Assembly: GCA_963822585.1 (NCBI GenBank)
Contig: CAWGIE010000019.1
Span: 32,001-96,000, forward strand
DNA: 64,000 nucleotides
Source of the DNA: an uncultured bacterium
GTDB taxonomy: Bacteria > Auribacterota > Erginobacteria > Erginobacterales > Erginobacteraceae
Reading direction: 5' to 3'
Below are positions 50,226 through 60,486 of this stretch, one piece after another (positions within the stretch are counted from its first letter, which is position 1; each line of letters opens with the position of its first letter). A model generated the notes under the pieces. That model was not told the origin of the DNA. It worked only from the letters and a program-made list of their open reading frames with translations, and searched no databases. The position numbers and the translations under genes were made by a program.

Positions 50226-51176
50226 TCAGCCGAGCAGGAAGATCATCATGATCACGGTGAAGATTGAGGAGATGAAGGTGGCGAAGACCAGGATGGTGGT
50301 CAGCTCGGCATCGCACCCGTAGCGTTTGGCGAAAACCGCGGTCATGGCGGCGGTGGGCATGGCGGCCTCCAGGACCACGATCTGGTGCCAGAGCAGGGGA
50401 AAGCTCAGCAGTTCCGCCTGGGCGTAGGAGAGGAGGGGCTGGATAAAGAGCTTGATCAGGCAGGCCAGGAGCACGACCGGCAGAACCCTCCGCAAATCCC
50501 GGAAGTGAAGCATGACACCGATCGTCAGCGTCACCAGGAGCGTGTTGGCGGCGCCGATCGTGTGGAGCAGGGTGTAAATACCCTTTATCACCCAGTTCTC
50601 CCGGGGCAGCGGAATGAAGGAGAAAATGACCCCAAGCAGCAGAGCAAAGAAGATCGGCGAGCGGAAAAACTTCCAGGCTTCGGCCCGCTTCTCCCGGGCC
50701 GGCCGCTCGCTGACGCCGAAGTGGATGGCGATCAGGATCCCGACGGTGAAGATCACCAGCGCCACCCCCAGCTCGCTGACGATGGCGGCGTCGGCCAGCG
50801 CCCGACTGTTGTCGAGATAGATCTCCTTGACCACCGCGTAGCCGAGGAAACCCGAGCTGGTGAAGGTGGAAGCCAGGATCAGGGCCCCCTTTTTCGGGCG
50901 AGAGAGCTTTAACAGCAGGCTCACCCCCCAGGCGAGAAAGGCGCAGACCCCCTGGGAGACGATCATCACCACCGCCAGCAGGAGCTTTTTCAGGTCGAAT
51001 TCACTGACCGAGAGGGCCCCGAAAATCAGGGCCGGGAGGGTATACTGGGTGATCAGACGGGCGAAAAGCCCCCCCTGCTCTTCCTTAATCACCCCCAGCC
51101 GGCGCAGGCCCATGGCCAGGAATATCATCCCGATCAGGACGCCGACGGACTGGATCACGCTCTGGTCGAAAGACAT
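50226..51176 (-). CDS. AEC family (auxin efflux carrier) transporter
   Basis: TLPALIF, SGFLGYA, KLFIQP, LEAAMPTA..AKRYG; ~10 TMs. Confidence 0.9.
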   Translation of the reverse strand: MSFDQSVIQSVGVLIGMIFLAMGLRRLGVIKEEQGGLFARLITQYTLPALIFGALSVSEFDLKKLLLAVVMIVSQGVCAFLAWGVSLLLKLSRPKKGALILASTFTSSGFLGYAVVKEIYLDNSRALADAAIVSELGVALVIFTVGILIAIHFGVSERPAREKRAEAWKFFRSPIFFALLLGVIFSFIPLPRENWVIKGIYTLLHTIGAANTLLVTLTIGVMLHFRDLRRVLPVVLLACLIKLFIQPLLSYAQAELLSFPLLWHQIVVLEAAMPTAAMTAVFAKRYGCDAELTTILVFATFISSIFTVIMMIFLLG

Positions 51177-51177
51177 A

Positions 51178-52428
51178 TCAGGTAAACTTCTCCCTGTCAC
51201 TCCATATCGAACTAACCGGCAGCGCGTGTAATTTTTTCCCGAAGGGAACGTGCTCCCGGCCCAAGTAGAGAACAACCCCGCTCACAAAGCGTTTACCGAT
51301 TGCATCGGCCAAAGATTTCAGTCCTCTGAAATCCCTGGACTTGACCGTTGCCGAAGCCTTGACCTCCAGCCCGATCACCCGGCCGGATGTGTCTTCCAGG
51401 ATGATATCCACCTCGTCTCCGGTATGAGTTCGAAAATGATACAACCGAGGCTGGATCTGGCTCCACGTTGCCTGCTTCTTCATTTCCATGACCACAAAAT
51501 TTTCCAGCAGGGGACCGGACAGAGCAGTTTCCGAGATGGATAAGCCGTTTTTCAAACCCAGCAGATACGCCATCAATCCGGTATCGCATATAATCGGTTT
51601 CGGCGATTTGACCAATCGTTTACTCAGATTGGTGGACCAGGCCGGTAGAAGCTGGACCAGAAAAGTCGTCTCCAAAAGAGCCATATACCGCTTGAGAGTG
51701 CTTTGGGGCATAGCCATACTCCGGGATAATTCCGAAAAATTCAGTAAAGAAGTGGCCCGGGTCGAGAGCAGAGAGATTAGACGAGGAAAATCGGTCAAAC
51801 CTTCTATATGTGCCAGATCCCGCACATCCCTTTGCAGGATGGTCGTGATATATGAACCGAACCAGGCTCTTCGCCTTTTTGAATGCGCCCGGCTGAGAAC
51901 TTCCGGATACCCTCCCGATAATACCCGGTTGAAGAGAGCGGTTTTACTGCCTTGATTGACGATCTTCGAGGGAAGTGACCCGGCAAACATCATATCCACG
52001 AAACATTCACTCACCCCTCCGATCTCGCCCTGGGAAAATGGCCAGAGTGTCAGAATCTCCATTCTTCCGGCGAGTGATTCCGAGAGACGCGGCAGCAGCA
52101 GAATATCGGCGGAACCCGTAAGCAGGAACCGCCCGGGACGACGTTCCCGATCCACTTCAGCCTTGATGGCCGGAAATATTTCCGGTACCCGCTGTACCTC
52201 GTCCAGGATGAGAGGTCCTTCGATTCCGGAGAGAAAACCGACCGGATCATCTTGCGCCGCCCCCAGCACCCCGGCATCATCGAAGGTCAAACATCTGGCG
52301 GGATGCAATTCTTTACCCAGCCATTTGACTAACGTCGTCTTCCCGGTCTGGCGCGGGCCGTGCAGCAGCACTACCGGGGTATCAGATAGGGCCTCTAAAA
52401 GGGAATCGGTAATACTTCTTCTCTTCAT
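51178..52428 (-). CDS. AAA_14/DUF4143 ATP-binding protein
   Basis: GPRQTGKTT, LDEVQRVP, LTGS, ESLAGR, GGYPE, KSPK..ICDTG, EVD..LEVKAS. Confidence 0.93.
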   Translation of the reverse strand: MKRRSITDSLLEALSDTPVVLLHGPRQTGKTTLVKWLGKELHPARCLTFDDAGVLGAAQDDPVGFLSGIEGPLILDEVQRVPEIFPAIKAEVDRERRPGRFLLTGSADILLLPRLSESLAGRMEILTLWPFSQGEIGGVSECFVDMMFAGSLPSKIVNQGSKTALFNRVLSGGYPEVLSRAHSKRRRAWFGSYITTILQRDVRDLAHIEGLTDFPRLISLLSTRATSLLNFSELSRSMAMPQSTLKRYMALLETTFLVQLLPAWSTNLSKRLVKSPKPIICDTGLMAYLLGLKNGLSISETALSGPLLENFVVMEMKKQATWSQIQPRLYHFRTHTGDEVDIILEDTSGRVIGLEVKASATVKSRDFRGLKSLADAIGKRFVSGVVLYLGREHVPFGKKLHALPVSSIWSDREKFT

Positions 52429-52493
52429 GGTTGATATTTAACCATTGAATGGTTATTTTTCAACTATAATTTGGCTCCGTGTCTCCGCGATTC

Positions 52494-52686
52494 CGAGAGG
52501 CGGGGGAGAAAAAACTGAACGTCGAACGTCCAACGCTCAACTTTCAACGTTCAATGGCCAATTCGTGTAATTCGCGAAATTCGTAGTTCAATATAGAGGC
52601 CGCGGCGGGGGGGAAACATAAGTTTTCTTGGTGTTTCTTAGTGTCTTCGTGTCTTGGTGGTTATCAAACGGGGGCGAGGCGAGGGA
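52494..52686 (+). repeat. G-anchor/STR-module array G
   Basis: Anchors ~52494, 52593, 52666 with heptamer, TTCGTGTAA and CTTAGTGT modules. Confidence 0.8.
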
Positions 52687-53451
52687 TCAGATGATGCCCA
52701 GGGAGTCGGCCGGGAGCCAGCCGGACTGGCCGTCGGGGAGATGGATCTGGCGCCAGCTGCCCTTCTCGCGGACGACCGTCACCTCGGTCCCTTCGTGAAG
52801 CTCGAAGGCGGCCGCGTCGGTCTCCGCGGGGCCGTAACGGACGGAGACCGCCGGGTCGAGGATGATCGCCCGGGGGGTGGCATAGAAGGAATACGCGAGC
52901 AGGCTGAGAACGATGGCGGCCGCCAGGCAGGGAATCAGGACCTTGAGCACCGGGGCGGCCGCTTTCTTAAGCGGCCTGATCAGCAGGACCAGCAGCAGCC
53001 AGAGAGCGGTCACAAAATAAAGAACCGCGCTCAGACCGATCCAGAAGCCGAGCGGGAACTGGAGGATGACCGCCCGGCGCGCCCGTGCCCAGAGTGAAAG
53101 GGGGAGAGCGGCGATATCATCCCGGAGGCTCTCGCGAGCGTACTCGAGGTTCTTATTGATCTCGGGGTCCTGCGGGGCGAGGTTCCAGGCTTTCCGGTAG
53201 TTGAGGATCGCCCGCCCCAGTTCGTTATTCTTGAAGAAAGCGTTGGCCAGGTTGTAATAGAGCGGGGCGCTCTCCCATCCCTCGGCCAGGACCCGGTTGT
53301 ATTCCCCAATCGCCTCCGGGTATTTCCCCTGGGTATAGAGGGCATTGGCCTGGCGGAAGAGGGAGGGAATCTCTCCCTCGGGCACCTCGCTCCTGGCCCC
53401 GGAGACAAGACTTAAAAACAGCACTATCGTTATTAAACACACTTTCTTCAT
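52687..53451 (-). CDS. batE: BatE-like TPR + SH3 protein
   Basis: YYNLANA..LGRAILNY, two TMs, FELHEGT..GW. Confidence 0.85.
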   Translation of the reverse strand: MKKVCLITIVLFLSLVSGARSEVPEGEIPSLFRQANALYTQGKYPEAIGEYNRVLAEGWESAPLYYNLANAFFKNNELGRAILNYRKAWNLAPQDPEINKNLEYARESLRDDIAALPLSLWARARRAVILQFPLGFWIGLSAVLYFVTALWLLLVLLIRPLKKAAAPVLKVLIPCLAAAIVLSLLAYSFYATPRAIILDPAVSVRYGPAETDAAAFELHEGTEVTVVREKGSWRQIHLPDGQSGWLPADSLGII

Positions 53452-55322
53452 GATTGCCTGGTTTTAATCTTATCCAGCTTTCCGATCAACCGCTCCACCC
53501 GGGCGAGGAAAGCGGTCATCTCCTTTTTCTTTCCCGCCGAACCGGAAAAACGAGCCAGATCGAATACACCGAAACAGGCTTCCGTCTCTTCGATCAGTTC
53601 CGGAGGGGCGCCGGCGCCCTGCAGGCGTTCGGCGATTACCGCCGGGGAAACGGCCCCCGACGGCAGGCAGAATTTATCGCCCAAATAGCGGTTAAACGCC
53701 CGGTGAACCTCGCCGTAAAATTTTTCATGGTCTTTCTCGCGCAGGAATGAACAGGCTTTTTTAAAGCGGCGGCGGACCAGCCGCGACGCTCCCACCCGGC
53801 GGGCGTAGGTGACGTCCGAACGCAGTTTTTCCTTTCGCGACCTCACCGTCCAGACGCCGAGCAGCATAACCAGGGCGGCGGCCGGGAAGAGCCAGAAAAG
53901 CGGGCGGCGATAATACGCCCGTCCGGACCGGAAGAGATGTCCCGGGCTGTCCTTGATATAGAGTATGTCCTTCTTCAGGATCCTGATCTGCTCCCGACCC
54001 GGCCCGCTTCCGGCCCCCTCCACCAACGGCAGCGGACCCTCCTCGGGCGCGGCTTTTACGGTGATCCGGACCGGTTTCGCCTTGATCGTGCGGTAGCTCC
54101 CGGCCTGGGGATCGAAGTAACTGAAAGCGACCGCGGGGATTTCTTTCGGTTCCACCGAGAGAGGAATGACAACCTGCTTGAATGTCTTCTCTCCTCCCAC
54201 CCTGCCGCCGATGACCCCTTTTTTAGTCCCGATCTCGGGTGCGTAGGTCTTGAACAACTTACCGACGGGGATCTGGGGCAGCGTAACCGTGTCCGGATTG
54301 CCGGTCCCGGAGACTTTCATGGTAACCGTGATCGGCTCGCCGACCCGGACGGTGTTCGGATTGGCGGAGAGTTCAAATTTATATTCTCCCACCGCCCCCT
54401 GAAAATCTTCCGGCCTCCCCTCCGGGGGCAACGGTTTGATATTCAGGGTAATCGGGTTGGAACGGAGGGCGAAGGGCTGTCTTTCCCCGAAAGCCCCGCC
54501 GAAAAAATCATCAGAGAAAAAATCATCGAAGGGGCTCATTCCCCGGGAACGGCGGGGAACGATGATATTGCCTTTCAGCTCCGCCGACCCGATCGTTACC
54601 TCTCCCGAGCTGATGGGGAAGATGGCCTTCGGCAGTTCCACCACCTCGTACTGGAGCCCATTCAGAACTCGGCGGAAGTTTTTCTGATCGCCCAGGTTTT
54701 CCTCCGTGAACCCGATCGTGGGTGGGGGTGAATAGTCCAGATTGGCGATCCGCAGGCCGCGGGAATACAGGCTGAAGGTCAGCGTTATCTGTTCGTTGAC
54801 ATACGCTTCCTTCTTATCCACCGTCGTCTGGATGAAAAGAGGTTGATCGGAGGCGGCCGGCGGCGTTTTTTCCTCCGGCCCGGTGACAACGGGGGTGGTC
54901 ACGGGCCCCGGCGCGGCCGGTGACGTTACCGGGGGGACCGCACCCTCGACGACCGTGACCTTGATCGGGTGTGTGGTATAGGTCTTCCCGTTATATTCCA
55001 TCCGGGCGGAGGGGATGGTAAAGGTGCCGGGACCGAGCGGCATCAGGGTATAGTTGATACTCTTGCTGACTTTGGTCTGGTTGTTGATCAGGGAAAACTG
55101 GGTGCTGGCCGAACTACTCAGAATCTCGAAGCCGGGGATAGCGGGGAGCACCGGCTGTCCGTCCCGGGCCCCCTCGATGGACAGTGTGTAGGCAATCCGG
55201 TCCTCCCGGGAGATGATATTCTTATCAACCGTGGCCTGGAATGATACATCCTCCGCATAGACCCATCCTGTCAAGATGCAGACTGTTAGAAAAGTTATTA
55301 GAGTTGTCTTATACGGTTGCAT
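53448..55322 (-). CDS. batD: BatD family protein
   Basis: VDK, GTFTIP, AYVNEQ, FQGAVG, FSYFDP..Y; position in Bat operon. Confidence 0.88.
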   Translation of the reverse strand: MQPYKTTLITFLTVCILTGWVYAEDVSFQATVDKNIISREDRIAYTLSIEGARDGQPVLPAIPGFEILSSSASTQFSLINNQTKVSKSINYTLMPLGPGTFTIPSARMEYNGKTYTTHPIKVTVVEGAVPPVTSPAAPGPVTTPVVTGPEEKTPPAASDQPLFIQTTVDKKEAYVNEQITLTFSLYSRGLRIANLDYSPPPTIGFTEENLGDQKNFRRVLNGLQYEVVELPKAIFPISSGEVTIGSAELKGNIIVPRRSRGMSPFDDFFSDDFFGGAFGERQPFALRSNPITLNIKPLPPEGRPEDFQGAVGEYKFELSANPNTVRVGEPITVTMKVSGTGNPDTVTLPQIPVGKLFKTYAPEIGTKKGVIGGRVGGEKTFKQVVIPLSVEPKEIPAVAFSYFDPQAGSYRTIKAKPVRITVKAAPEEGPLPLVEGAGSGPGREQIRILKKDILYIKDSPGHLFRSGRAYYRRPLFWLFPAAALVMLLGVWTVRSRKEKLRSDVTYARRVGASRLVRRRFKKACSFLREKDHEKFYGEVHRAFNRYLGDKFCLPSGAVSPAVIAERLQGAGAPPELIEETEACFGVFDLARFSGSAGKKKEMTAFLARVERLIGKLDKIKTRQS

Positions 55323-55417
55323 CTGGCATATCAGTAATCAGTAATCAGTAATCGGTAATCAGTGATCGGTAAACCGGGCTAAGCCACGGCCACTGATTAC
55401 TGCTTATTGATCACCGA

Positions 55418-56197
55418 TCACCAGTCTTTTTTAACCTCCGGCGTCTCCCCCTGCCGGTTCTCCATTATCTCCGCCCGCTGGTCTTGCTCGTCGGAGAGCA
55501 TGGCGTTAAGCAGCCGCTTCACGTCTTCCTGGTTCATCTTCTGCTGCTCCGGCTGGGCCGGGGGCTGCTTCTGCTCCTTCTGCTCCTGCGGGGGTGGCGT
55601 CTGCTCTTTGGAGGTGCCTTTCTTCTCTTCCTGCTTCTGTTCCTTGTTTTCTTTCTCCTTCCGTTTTTCTTCGTTTTTTTCCTTCTGATCCTCCTGCTCC
55701 TTTTTCTCCTTTTCCTTCTCCTTCTCCTTTTGCTGTTGCTGCTGTTGCTGCTGCTTTTGTTGCTTCTGCTCCTGGATTTTTTTCCGGGCCAGTTCGTAGT
55801 TAAACTTCGCATCCTGATCTTTCGGGTTCAACTTCAATGTCGCCTTGTAAGCGGCGGCGGCGCCCTCGAAGTTCTGCTTCCGGAAGAGGGTATTGCCGAG
55901 GTTGTAGCCGGCCCGGGCCGCCAAAGCCCGGTCCTTCGATTCGGCGATCTTCTGGAAGAACGCGCCGGCCTTTTCATAATCCTTCTTCTCGTACTGGGCG
56001 TCGCCGATATTGTAATAGATTTCCGGTGATTCCGGCAACTCCAACTGAGCTTCGCTGTACTTGGCCAGGGCCTGATCGTACTTCCCTTCCGTGAAGAGGC
56101 GATTCCCTTCTTTCACCAGCGAGACACCCGGGTTGCCGAGGGCGAGGTTGACCATCGCCAGGGCGACAACCAGGAAAGGTAGGTTCTTTATTTTCAT
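55418..56197 (-). CDS. batC: BatC-like TPR protein with Q/E/K-rich tail
   Basis: TPRs, DAKFNYELA, poly-Q/K/E region, terminal KDW. Confidence 0.85.
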   Translation of the reverse strand: MKIKNLPFLVVALAMVNLALGNPGVSLVKEGNRLFTEGKYDQALAKYSEAQLELPESPEIYYNIGDAQYEKKDYEKAGAFFQKIAESKDRALAARAGYNLGNTLFRKQNFEGAAAAYKATLKLNPKDQDAKFNYELARKKIQEQKQQKQQQQQQQQKEKEKEKEKKEQEDQKEKNEEKRKEKENKEQKQEEKKGTSKEQTPPPQEQKEQKQPPAQPEQQKMNQEDVKRLLNAMLSDEQDQRAEIMENRQGETPEVKKDW

Positions 56198-56245
56198 GTT
56201 GCTTACCACGGCCCCGTTTTCCCGGGATAGGACCGATCCGACCGA

Positions 56246-57370
56246 TCAGACGGATCCGACTGATTTTTCCCGGCCGCGGACTTCATTTGTAGCTCTTCCG
56301 GGCTTTTCGTTCGATGTTCGACGTTGAACGTTCGACGTTGAACGTTCATTTTTTAGAAACCACCTTTTCAGCCAGGTCCCCTTCCGCTCGCCCATGACCG
56401 ACTCCAGCATCAGGAGCAAGAGAGCCAGGGCCAGAGGCCACTGGAAGCGGTGCTCGTAGATCTTCTTCCGGCTGCTCTCCAATTCCATCTTGTCCATTTT
56501 GGCGATCCGGTCCCGGTAGATCAAGTCCAGTTCCAGCCCGGAAGCGGTCGCCCGGTGATACGCTCCCCCGGTGATGAGAGCGATCTTCTCGAGGACGGCT
56601 TCGTCCAGCTTGCTGACCACGATATTTCCCTCCCGGTCCTTGAGGTAAGATGTCCCCCCGGGCACCGCCAGCTTGATGGGGACGCCCTCGGGGCTCCCGA
56701 TCCCGATCGTAAATATTTTTATCCCCCGCTTCTTCGCTTCTTCGGCCGCCGACTGATAATCCCCTTCCAGGTTCTCCCCGTCGGAAATGATCAGAAGCGC
56801 CTTGTGCGCGCCTTGGCCGGGCCCGAAGGCTTCGATCGCTTTCCGGATCGCCCCCGCGATGTCGGTCCCCCCCCGGGGAATGCTGGAAACGGAGAGGTCG
56901 TTGACGAACATCCGGAAGGCGCCGTAGTCGAGCGTCAGCGGACAGAGGGTGAAGGCGCTCCCCGAAAAGGCGATCACACCCACCCGGTCTCCTTTCAAAA
57001 GCTGCACCAGGTCCTCCACTTCCCGCCGGGCGCGGGCCAGGCGGGTCGGCTTGACGTCATCGGCCAGCATGCTCCGGGAGGTGTCCACCGCCACCATCAG
57101 GTCGATCCCGAGCCTTTTCACGTCTTCCCAGTGGTAGCCCCACCGGGGCTGGAGGAGAGAGAAGAGGAGAAGCGCGACGGAGCCAAGGATCAGGTACGGA
57201 CGCAGATGGTTCTTGGAATCACTTACCCCAATCCGCAGCCGCTCCCAGAGAGGGTGCTCGGCAAACTCTTCTTGCGCCCGCCGGCGGGCCAGCAGCACCC
57301 GGCGGAAAAAGAACGCCAGCGCCGGCAGCAGGAGAAAAATCCAGATCAGGTTGAGCGCGCCGAATTTCAT
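56246..57370 (-). CDS. batB: BatB-like VWA protein (C-terminus extended by STR)
   Basis: DTSRSMLADD.KPTRL, PLTLDY, SDGE, VVSKLDE. Confidence 0.88.
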   Translation of the reverse strand: MKFGALNLIWIFLLLPALAFFFRRVLLARRRAQEEFAEHPLWERLRIGVSDSKNHLRPYLILGSVALLLFSLLQPRWGYHWEDVKRLGIDLMVAVDTSRSMLADDVKPTRLARARREVEDLVQLLKGDRVGVIAFSGSAFTLCPLTLDYGAFRMFVNDLSVSSIPRGGTDIAGAIRKAIEAFGPGQGAHKALLIISDGENLEGDYQSAAEEAKKRGIKIFTIGIGSPEGVPIKLAVPGGTSYLKDREGNIVVSKLDEAVLEKIALITGGAYHRATASGLELDLIYRDRIAKMDKMELESSRKKIYEHRFQWPLALALLLLMLESVMGERKGTWLKRWFLKNERSTSNVQRRTSNEKPGRATNEVRGREKSVGSV

Positions 57371-58374
57371 GGCAGCCTCCGGAAAAGGGTATTGCCGAGG
57401 ATGACGCTCGCCAGGAGAGCGAGCAGTCCCAGGGTAATAAAATAGGGGAAGAGTTCGTTATATTCGGTATAGATAATTTCCTCCCCGGTAGTCTTCTCCA
57501 TCTTGTCGATGGTTGAGAATATTTTCTCCAGCGTCCTGGTGTTTGAAGCCCGGAAGTATTCACCGCCGGTGGTCCTGGCTATCTCCTGAAGGCTGGCGTC
57601 GTTCAGCGGGATAACCACCGATTGGTAGATGAACTGGCCCGTCCGGGGATCCCGGGCAACCGGGTAGGGGACCGGCTCGTTGCTCCCGATCCCGACCGTG
57701 TAGATCTTGATCTTCAGACTTTCGGCCATCTGAGCCGCGGTCTGGGGGTCGATCTTCCCGGTGTTGTTCTCGCCGTCGGTCAGAAGGATAATGATCTTGC
57801 TCTTGGCTTTGGATTCCCGGAGACGGTTGAGGCCGGTCGCGATCGCGTCTCCGATCGCGGTCCCGTCCTTCACCATGCCGATCTGTGTTTTATCCAAGAG
57901 TTCCATGAGCACGCCGTAATCGACGGTCAGGGGGCATTGGGTATAGGCCTGGGAGGCGAAGACAATCAAGCCGATCCGGTCGCCGTCCCGTTCCCGGATG
58001 AAGTTGTCGATCACCTGTTTGGCCACGTCCAGACGGTTATATCGTTTTCCGCTCCAGGTGAAGTCTTCAGCCCGCATGCTGGTGGACGTGTCCACGGTGA
58101 GCATGATGTCGATCCCTTCCGTGGTGATCCGCGTCTCCTGGATGCCTTTCTGCGGGCGGGCCAGGGCAACGACCAGGAAGAAGATCGCCAGGCAGCGGAG
58201 GGCGGCTGGGATGTGCCGGAAGTACATGCCCGGGGCGGGGCGGACTTCCTTCGCAATCCGGATCGTGCTGAAGCGGACCGCCACCCCCTTCCGCTGCCTC
58301 CAGTAGAAAAAGAGATGGAGCGGAATGAGCAGGAGGAGGAATAGTAAGTTTGGGTTGTGAAATGTAAAAGCCAT
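57367..58374 (-). CDS. batA: BatA-like VWA protein
   Basis: ALARPQ, DTSTSM.AED, DGTAIGD, LLTDGENNTG. Confidence 0.9.
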   Translation of the reverse strand: MAFTFHNPNLLFLLLLIPLHLFFYWRQRKGVAVRFSTIRIAKEVRPAPGMYFRHIPAALRCLAIFFLVVALARPQKGIQETRITTEGIDIMLTVDTSTSMRAEDFTWSGKRYNRLDVAKQVIDNFIRERDGDRIGLIVFASQAYTQCPLTVDYGVLMELLDKTQIGMVKDGTAIGDAIATGLNRLRESKAKSKIIILLTDGENNTGKIDPQTAAQMAESLKIKIYTVGIGSNEPVPYPVARDPRTGQFIYQSVVIPLNDASLQEIARTTGGEYFRASNTRTLEKIFSTIDKMEKTTGEEIIYTEYNELFPYFITLGLLALLASVILGNTLFRRLP

Positions 58375-58527
58375 CTTTGACCTTTCAATAAATCAATGTC
58401 GAAATCCGCCCGGAAAAACCGGGGCTAACGCCCGTCCTATTGATTACCCCTTCAACAAACTCAGGGCAAGCTGCCCCTTCGGGGTTTTTCGTTGGACGTT
58501 GAAAGTTGGACGTTGAACGTTCGACGT

Positions 58528-59460
58528 TCATCCCTTTTCCTCTTCTTTGGTCTCATCCACCAGTTTGACGGCGGCGTTATATACTCCGTCGATCTCCTTT
58601 TCCGTCGGACCGTAGCGGGCGAACTTAACCAGGTCGCACTCCCCCAGGAATGCTCCGACCAGGTCCTGCTGGGGCACGGTGAGAAAATCGGTGGAGGCCA
58701 TGTCATGGAGGAACTCCTCGGTGGTCCGTTCCGGCGCTTTCAAACCGAAGCGGTTCTCGAGATAGCGGCGGACCGCGTCCGAGACCCCGGTGTAATATTC
58801 CTTGATCAGCCCCCGGGCGGGCAGGTTTTCCCTTTTAATCCGGTCGAGCTCTTCGTAGGCGAGCTCGTGGGGCGCGCGGGGCGTCGGCACCGGGACGGCC
58901 TTCGGCTTCCGCCGGAAAACTTTTTTGATTAAAATAAATACCAGGGCGGCCAGAACCAGAATGCCGCCGATCAGGTAGAGTAGCCACCGGTAGGAGACCG
59001 GGAGCCCAACGGGAGGTTTGAGTCCCCGGATGTCCGCTTTCTCCGGGGAAGCATCAAGCACGCTCCGGACGGTTATCTTCAGCGGGGCGCTCTCCAACCG
59101 CTCTTCTTCTCCGCCGGGAGACCGGACGGCGACGGCGGCGCCGGGGAGGGAGAACTCTCCGGTTTCAAACCCCTGGAGAAAAAACCATTTATTCCAAACC
59201 CGCTCTCCGCCCTTTTCAGCCGTTTCCTCGCCGCTCTTCCCGATCTCGAAATCGCCGATTTTCCCCTCGCTGTACGCGGAGAAGGACACCTCCGCCGCCG
59301 GAGGGGCGGTCACGCGCAGGGTGTAGCGGATCTGATCGCCGATGGTCACCGTGTCCCGGTCGAGCGAACTCTCCAGACGAGGAATTTCCTCAGCCCGTGC
59401 TATTACTGGCCCGAACCAGAAAACTATTAATAGTGTTAAAATAAAGGTCTTCCGATACAT
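58528..59460 (-). CDS. Bat-operon membrane protein (DUF4381-like)
   Basis: Signal peptide, DIRGLKPP, TM, RRYLE.RF...A.E.TTEEF, DLVKFA. Confidence 0.8.
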   Translation of the reverse strand: MYRKTFILTLLIVFWFGPVIARAEEIPRLESSLDRDTVTIGDQIRYTLRVTAPPAAEVSFSAYSEGKIGDFEIGKSGEETAEKGGERVWNKWFFLQGFETGEFSLPGAAVAVRSPGGEEERLESAPLKITVRSVLDASPEKADIRGLKPPVGLPVSYRWLLYLIGGILVLAALVFILIKKVFRRKPKAVPVPTPRAPHELAYEELDRIKRENLPARGLIKEYYTGVSDAVRRYLENRFGLKAPERTTEEFLHDMASTDFLTVPQQDLVGAFLGECDLVKFARYGPTEKEIDGVYNAAVKLVDETKEEEKG

Positions 59461-59584
59461 ACATTTATATTTCCGATAACCGGTGAACGGTTGTCCCGGT
59501 TACACCGGGAAAATGTTGAACGGTGTACGGTTACGTTCGGCTCGCCCCCGCAACCGATTCCAGCCGCCCAACCTTTCAAACCTT

Positions 59585-60463
59585 TTACCTCATTCTTTTC
59601 TCTCGTTGCCGGAAGAAGCGCATCAGGGCCGGCACATAGGGGGCGGCGGTGCTCACCCGGACACAGTCGACGTCGGTGGAACGGAAGAGCTTCAGAATCC
59701 CCTCTTCCTCATCCCGGTTCCGGGACCGGTAGTTTTCCCTGACCGATTTATCCCGGGTGTCGATTAAAATCTCCTCCCCGCTCTCCGCGTCGCGGAGACG
59801 GATCAGTCCGACCGGGGGAAGTTCCTTCTCCCGGGGATCGCTGATCATGATCGAGATCATGTCATGACGCTTGTTGGCGATCTTCAGGGCTTTCTCGTAT
59901 CCGGAAGAACGGAAGTCGGAGACCAGGAAAGAGACCGTCTTGCGGCGGGTAACCCGGTTCAGGAAGCTCAGGGCCAGTTCGATGTCGGTGCCTTTCCCCT
60001 CCGGCTGATAATAGAGGAGTTCCCTGATCACGCGCAGAACATGGCGGCTCCCCTTGCCCGGCGGAACGAACTTTTCGATCCGGTCGGTGAAGATGATCAG
60101 GCCGACCTTGTCCTTGTTCCGGATCGCGGAGAAGGCGAGGACGGCGCAGAGTTCCGCCGCCAGCTCGCTCTTGAACTGTCCCCGCGTACCGAAGCGGCTG
60201 GACGCGCTGGCGTCCACCAGGAGCATGACGGTCAGCTCCCTCTCCTCCACGAACTTCTTGACGAAGGGGCGTCCATAGCGGGCGGTGACGTTCCAGTCGA
60301 TATCCCGGACCTCATCCCCGGGCTGGTATTCCCGGACCTCGTCGAACTCCATCCCCCGTCCCTTGAAAACGCTCTGGTACTCCCCGGAGAAGACGTCGCT
60401 GACCATCCGGTTGGTGCGGATCTGAATCCGCTGGATCTTCTTGATGATTTCTTTCGGCAGCAT
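59585..60463 (-). CDS. DUF58 domain protein
   Basis: FKGRGMEFDEVREYQPGD..IDWNVTAR, EERELT, SDF. Confidence 0.95.
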   Translation of the reverse strand: MLPKEIIKKIQRIQIRTNRMVSDVFSGEYQSVFKGRGMEFDEVREYQPGDEVRDIDWNVTARYGRPFVKKFVEERELTVMLLVDASASSRFGTRGQFKSELAAELCAVLAFSAIRNKDKVGLIIFTDRIEKFVPPGKGSRHVLRVIRELLYYQPEGKGTDIELALSFLNRVTRRKTVSFLVSDFRSSGYEKALKIANKRHDMISIMISDPREKELPPVGLIRLRDAESGEEILIDTRDKSVRENYRSRNRDEEEGILKLFRSTDVDCVRVSTAAPYVPALMRFFRQREKRMR

Positions 60464-60486
60464 TTAATTTTTTCCTCCGGAAAAAA

